Below, in pieces: positions 58,248 to 64,000 of a stretch of DNA of 64,000 nucleotides. The stretch lies in IMG/VR virus record IMGVR_UViG_3300017598_000768, positions 35,833-99,832 of that record. One strand, 5' to 3'. Numbering within the stretch: position 1 is the first letter of the stretch; every line of letters begins with the position of its first letter. The notes under the pieces were generated by a model. It worked only from the letters and a program-made list of their open reading frames with translations. It had not been told where the DNA came from and did no database searches. This stretch comes from a virus. A program made the position numbers and the translations under genes.

Positions 58248-61200
58248 TTCCGCCTCCTTCTTCTATTTTCGCCGTATCTATCACCACCTTGCAGTTCGGA
58301 CACGGCACTTGGATATCATCAACCGCGTCGAGATACGAGGCATCCAGCCCTATGTGAAAACCACAACTGCATTGGAACACACAGAGCGAGTACTCCACCG
58401 TCTCTACACTCTTCAGCTCTTTGGTCTCCTTCGGTACGAACTCGTCTATCGGTGCTATCACGTCATTCATGCTGGCACCCCCTCCTGTGCGACTATATCG
58501 TACTTCTTCGACATCTTCTCCACAGGCCCGAAGTCAATAACGATATGCTTGATATTCACTCCCGGAATCGGATGCATGTCTTCACCACGCAGGCCCTCTT
58601 TTTGCTCCTGCCTCATTATCATCATCAGCGCTTCTTCTTTCGAGAAATGATTTGCGATCACCAGATGCTTCACAGTCACCGCTTTCTCAATCACATACCC
58701 CTTCACTCCTACAGCGCCGACAACCTTTTTGCTTTTCTTTCCCATCACTCACCTCCAGCTGGCGGCGGAATTGGCTTCCAGTGCGTCACTTTCCTGACAA
58801 GTGGCTCACCCTTCCCTGCCTTGCGATCTTTCCACCACTTATGAATTGCGTCTGGGTTGAACCACAAATATGCAACGGCTTTGCTTGGCGGATCATCAGC
58901 CGTCAGGTACGTCGCCAGGCACCACATCGCTTCAGGAGGTACTCCTTCGGACCACTGTTCCTTCTCCACGGCGTCCATTAGCTGATTCGTCCGGATTTGC
59001 CACGTCCCGGTCTGCCCATAACACATAATCGCATGCATTTTATCAACACGCTCGACCATCCATTTTACATTCTTCCCGAGCTGCTCATTCTGATTCAACA
59101 GGGCGTCGACGCCGAACAACGGATCGCACACTTTATCGACCGCCATCTCCTGACGCCTTTTCTCTTCCATGAGGACTTCCGAATCTTGCCGAGCAATGAA
59201 ATCATCCATGACGTTCTCCCTGCCAAGATCAATTACAATACTTAGCGCTTCTTTAAGGTCCATCACCTTCTCCTTTCGCTTTGCATACTATACAGACTTC
59301 TCCAGATTCAACAAACTCCTCCACACCATCGCGGTCGAGGCAGTCAAACCATACACGTTCTCCACACTCTGGACAGTTCGCAAATATCTGCCCATCACGC
59401 GACCCGTATATCGGTTCACTCACCTCATACTTTTCTCTGGCTGCGTCCTTGTCTACACTCCATGACCCATCAACATACGTGGGGTATTTGACCTGCACCG
59501 GAATCGCATCCTCGGCCTGTTTTATCGCCTCCTCCAGAGAATCGGCTTCTATTTCAACATCCCCACCTACCATCCAGAAAACCGGAATCTTGAAATTCAT
59601 GGCCTCTCCTTATCTGCATCGGGGCATCACATGCTGCTGGAACTCACTTTCCTTTGCTCCATTTACATACTGTGGGAAGCCACAAAGCCCACACTTCTTC
59701 CAGCCGCATTCGTCATAACATGACAATAATTCTTTAATGTTCGGGTCATCCTTCTTGATCCCTTCCCTGATCTGCTGCAATTCAGCCAATGTACGTCCGA
59801 TTAACAACAATGGACAAACCGTTATTTCTACCATAACTTACACCTCCTTGAAACCTCCGCACACAACCCTGTGCGCAGCCTCTGTATTTTCTTTTTCGCT
59901 ATCAGACATAGCATTCCACCCAGCTTTGGCTTGCACATCGGTCTCCACAACACCAGCCGTGGCTTGCAAAGCTATAATCGCCTTGATCCCTAATTCCTCT
60001 GTCAGCATGGCATACCCTCCTCTAATTTATTTCTATACTGCGTTCCTTCCTTATACCCATCAGCGTACTCGTCTTTGTTAAACGGTCCCGGCTCTTCAAG
60101 CTTATCGTAAAGTGCTGCCAAGAACCCAGTTACAAACTCCGAATGCTGCGCTTTAAGGTACTCTCCAATATCCGCTTTAACCTCCTTCACCTCTCTCCAT
60201 CTCCTTTCTTTTTTTAATCAACTCCTCGTCTTCCACCGCCCTCCTGTAATCACGCATCCTACCATTCAACCACGACTCGGTCGGCACTTTTCCCTCCGAC
60301 CATGTCGAGCTGAAGCTGTTATACTCGTTCTTCAACATCATCCGGATCATCTTATCCCGCAACATAACCTCCGGATAGACGCTCACAAGATACTTGTCAG
60401 TTCTGGCGTTCGAGATATTCTTGAACAGCTCATAAATTTCATGCACGTCTTTCTGTTGAGACAGCTCCCATAAATTAGCCATCAACATCGAAGCTTCAGT
60501 TTCCCATGCCCCATCGGACTTCTCCGGATCGGCCTGCTTCAACGCCACGATCTGCTCAAACACATAACAGATCTTATCTGACAGCCGCTCGATTTTTGCC
60601 GCCTTCTCATTATCAATCACCAACATAAACACCCTCCTTAAATCAAACCTTCATTTTCTGCCAACCACTCCGGTACGGATATCGTCATGTCATCCTCGTC
60701 GAATTCGCACTCACTCTTCGGGAACCATATAAGCTTACCGTCCAGCATGCAGCCCCATGCGTCGTCAGACTCACCGACAAAAACATCGATCTGAAAATCA
60801 ATCATCCGATTCTCTCCTTATGGAAACAGCCGTGCCTCTCACAAGCAGCCACACATTCCACCAGCTCGGCTTCCGTGACATATCGCCAGTCACATCCCTC
60901 ATGCCCTGCGTCTTCTATTGAGCCATACTTCCAAAGGTCTACAAACATCTTGCACGTCTCGCACCAAATATAATCCGTTACAAGCTTCGTGATTTCTACC
61001 ATGTCTGCCTCCAATATAAACTGCGTTCTTCTTCTGTAGGCCGTACACACTCAGAAGCAAGCACTCTCATTAGTTTCCAGTCTTTATCTCTGACGATGAT
61101 CTCATCCTGTACCGGATCACCAAAACCAGACTGGTTCGATACTAACCCCGCCTTTGGATGCTTCAAAACATCCGCTATCGCAACCCTCCTAAAGTCTACC

Positions 61201-63373
61201 ATATAACGGCTCCTTAAACAAATTCTGACAGATCATCGAGAGCGTCTCTGAAAGCACGGATGCCTTCATCCAGCCCCTCAATCCCACTATCCCACGACTC
61301 GATCAAATCTTTTATCTGATCAACCAAGTCGCGCAACTCGTCCCGGCATAACTCCACGATCTTCTTTTTTTCTTCGACCGCCGCCGTCAATTTTTCGATT
61401 TTCTTTTTCATTACCAGTTCCCTTTCTGCTTCCATCGATACCTACTTTTCGTCAACCACTGCCACAGGAAGCACCATCTATAAACAAAGAAAGCTCCATA
61501 GTGCGCAAAGCCACATTTCGGGCATGCTCTGTCTGCCTTCCACCCTCCCCAATACGTATACTCACAACTTGAACAGGTTCTTACCGGAAACTTCTTATTC
61601 TGCCACTCAATCAGCATAAATTTTCTCCGGATCATACTCAAGCGAAATCCTCATACTTTTAACCACGGCGTCAACATTCCACCCAGCCTCGTCGTTATTG
61701 TTCTCACAATCTTTGCAGTAAAAATAAAGGCTGACAGTCTTACCGACGAACGGATAGCTTAGATAATACTCCTTCAGGTCTGACACCAGCGTCTTCTTAC
61801 ATCTCGGGCACGCAATCACAACTTTCTGATCTACATAACATCTTTTGATCTCTGACTTGATCTCTCCTCCAACAATCATTGTCTCCTCCCAGCAGCGGAA
61901 GCTCCCTTAGCTCCAAGGACTTCATCATCCGCCTCCTCTAACGGCTTTTCTATTAAATCAACCAGCTTCAGGTCTAACACCTTATCTACCATTTCTTTGG
62001 TTAGCCCAAAACTCTTCCCATACTGTATAGATAAATCAACAAGCCTTTTTATGCTTTTCGGATTCTTCTTTAAAGCCAGCAAAATCATTTCTGCAATTAG
62101 AAGTTCTGTTTTTTCTTTCATCCAGCCCCTCTACAACGCCTTTCTCACGAACTCCATGGCGTCCTCGCCGTAATATTTGACAATGGCCTGCTTCATACTT
62201 AGCCCGTCTCGGACGTTATAATCAAACCCCAACTCTCTCATGAGCCAGCCGTCTAACTTCACGATATCCAGACGAGCTTCTCTGTGCTCCAGAAATATCT
62301 TACACAGGTATTCACCAGCACCATCCTTAATTCCAAAATACTCCCGCATTCCTTTATGAAATTCGTGCGTGTTCAAAACAACCCCTGAAACCATAAACTT
62401 AAGCGGACTCCAAACCACATCCACAAGGCAATCAACGCAACCACGAGTGCCACTATCAAAACATCACACACCCTCTGCATTGTCATGCTCCTAATTCGTA
62501 ATCTGGCTCCTAAGTTTGACATCATGCCTCCTAAATCGTATCATTCAAAGCCCACCCCGTCTTAAACATTTGGTTCGGAACAACTTCTTCAACTGTTACC
62601 TTTACGTCGGTCGTCTTCAACCCGTCGATAGTATTGATTATCTCCTCAGCTGCTTTTATTTCTTTTTCCGCCTGCTCTATATAAAAATCCGTGGCGTACC
62701 GTTTGCACGATTCTTCTTGGCTCCTTTTATACTCCTTCCCACAGAGGCATTTAAAAAGCAGCGCCGCACGGAGAAGCATCCTCGCGTCTTCTTCATCCAT
62801 CGCCGGTATCAGTATGCTGATCGAAATGTGCCTACTCGACCGCACCTGAACATAAAATAACTTGGCGATCTTTCTCGGCTCGAACGTAAACTTCTTCGTC
62901 GTGTTCGCGTCGACAAAAAACCTCGCCGGATTCGAATAACCTGCCATTACTTTTCACCTACCTTTCTTCGGTACTTCGCTACCATATCACTCGGAGCAAA
63001 CACCCCGAGACGGTCAACCAGCTTCCTGTTATCATATTCAAGCTGGGCATTACATACTTCACACTGATACAGCGTCTCTTGCATCTTAGAAAAACGGTCA
63101 TTAATAACAACTCCTCCCAGTACCGCCAACACAGACGCTGCCAACACGATTACAATAATTAAAGCTGTCATAGCGTCATGCCTGTTCATGATTTCTTCCT
63201 CCATCGGATATCACCCGCCATTCATGAGCAGCCTTATCTGATTCATACTTGGCGATCCTTCCAGCCAACATCCGCTTGGTGCCGGTTACGCTTAACCCTC
63301 GTTCCTCCGCCTTCCGGATCAACCACGTATGCTTCAATTGCATCAACATCTTTACATCAGGGCTCATCTTCAT
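58228..63373 (-). other. Run of ~19 small hypothetical early genes (e.g. 58228-58470, 58467-58748, 58745-59266, 59253-59600, 59610-59834, 60177-60632, 60638-60805, 61214-61435, 61607-61879, 61876-62121, 62131-62424, 62531-62947, 62947-63204, 63176-63373)
   Basis: Densely coupled minus-strand ORFs, many with CxxC pairs. Confidence 0.7.
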
Positions 63374-63390
63374 TCCTTGTTTTTATTTTT

Positions 63391-63419
63391 ATTATAACAC
63401 ACAACCCGCCTTATGTCAA
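63391..63419 (-). promoter_or_regulatory. sigma70-type promoter
   Basis: TTGACA-17nt-TATAAT. Confidence 0.8.
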
Positions 63420-63452
63420 GTGTTTTCCGTAGTTTTCCTTGAATACTGCGTA

Positions 63453-63854
63453 CTACTTTTCTGACTCGTCTGATACGGTCTCGCCAACCATTTTCTCACC
63501 AGTAACTATAATGCTATATATGTCTGACATCAACCGTAAGAGGGCAGACGACAGCCTCGAATGAAAACGATGCCACTCCCGGATATTCGCATTGGTCGGC
63601 TTGTGGTGCATCATGACATTCTCAATCCTCCCCACAATTTTCAACGCCTCTCTATGACCGTCAAAGTCCGGCTTTTCTTTTCGAGCGGTTTTCACCGGCC
63701 CGCCAGCTTCGTTCTGTAATGCCGCGCCGATCGTTGCCAGGCAGATTTCACATATTTCGAACCGACCACTGACCGTTCCTTCTTCCGACGTTCTCTTGGC
63801 ATTACATACATTGCAGTGGAACCTTATCCAACCGTCATTCTCACGTCCCAACAT
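63453..63854 (-). CDS. Hypothetical CxxC protein
   Basis: AAGGAGG RBS and its own promoter. Confidence 0.7.
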   Translation of the reverse strand: MLGRENDGWIRFHCNVCNAKRTSEEGTVSGRFEICEICLATIGAALQNEAGGPVKTARKEKPDFDGHREALKIVGRIENVMMHHKPTNANIREWHRFHSRLSSALLRLMSDIYSIIVTGEKMVGETVSDESEK

Positions 63855-63880
63855 GACAACCTCCTTTAATTTTTAAATTA

Positions 63881-63908
63881 ATTATATCACATCACCATCT
63901 TATGTCAA
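63881..63908 (-). promoter_or_regulatory. sigma70-type promoter
   Basis: TTGACA-16nt-TATAAT. Confidence 0.75.
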
Positions 63909-63940
63909 GTTATTTCCGTGGATTTCCGCATCCCTCATAA

Positions 63941-64000
63941 CACCAGATCAGTCCGGGTCATAACAGTCCAATCCGGTCCACACCACACCACTCCACACCA
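63941..64000 (-). repeat. Second pentamer-phased tract, truncated by the window edge
   Basis: cacca gatca gtccg ggtca taaca gtcca atccg gtcca cacca cacca ctcca cacca: 12 of 12 pentamers end in CA or CG. Confidence 0.85.

Noticed and set aside
1-64000. Prophage boundaries, integrase or host genes
   Set aside because: No integrase, att site or host-like operon was recognised; rnhA and the LpxD-like gene are embedded in phage operons.

Overview
This window is a 64 kb segment of a large tailed (siphovirus-like) phage genome, and essentially all real genes lie on the minus strand. In transcription order (right to left) it holds: ~22 kb of small early/accessory genes (RNase HI, tRNA-Tyr, a GHKL ATPase, ATP-dependent DNA ligase, minimal PolX, MT-A70 methylase) with sigma70- and sigma54-type promoters; a head-tail morphogenesis operon (XkdF-like protease, major capsid, connectors, tail tube, tape measure, hub, duplicated tail-tip genes); a lysis/fibre region; a glycosyl/acyl/methyl-transferase cluster; and a UDG-fused family A DNA polymerase with an HNH intein, cut by the left edge. 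Three things stand out. (1) A stand-alone Cas7/RAMP-like gene (57594-58247) is followed by an ~850 bp non-coding array of 22 ten-nt repeats whose spacers are phased UG-NNN pentamers, and a second pentamer tract runs off the right edge; this is a candidate non-CRISPR RNA-guided system. (2) At least six virion-module proteins carry mucin-like poly-Thr/Ser tracts, and a polypeptide-GalNAc-transferase-like enzyme and tailoring enzymes are encoded downstream; this is a candidate virion O-glycosylation system. (3) Three sigma54 promoters each have paired upstream palindromes at a near-identical distance. All protein calls are by-eye motif recognition; no searches were run.
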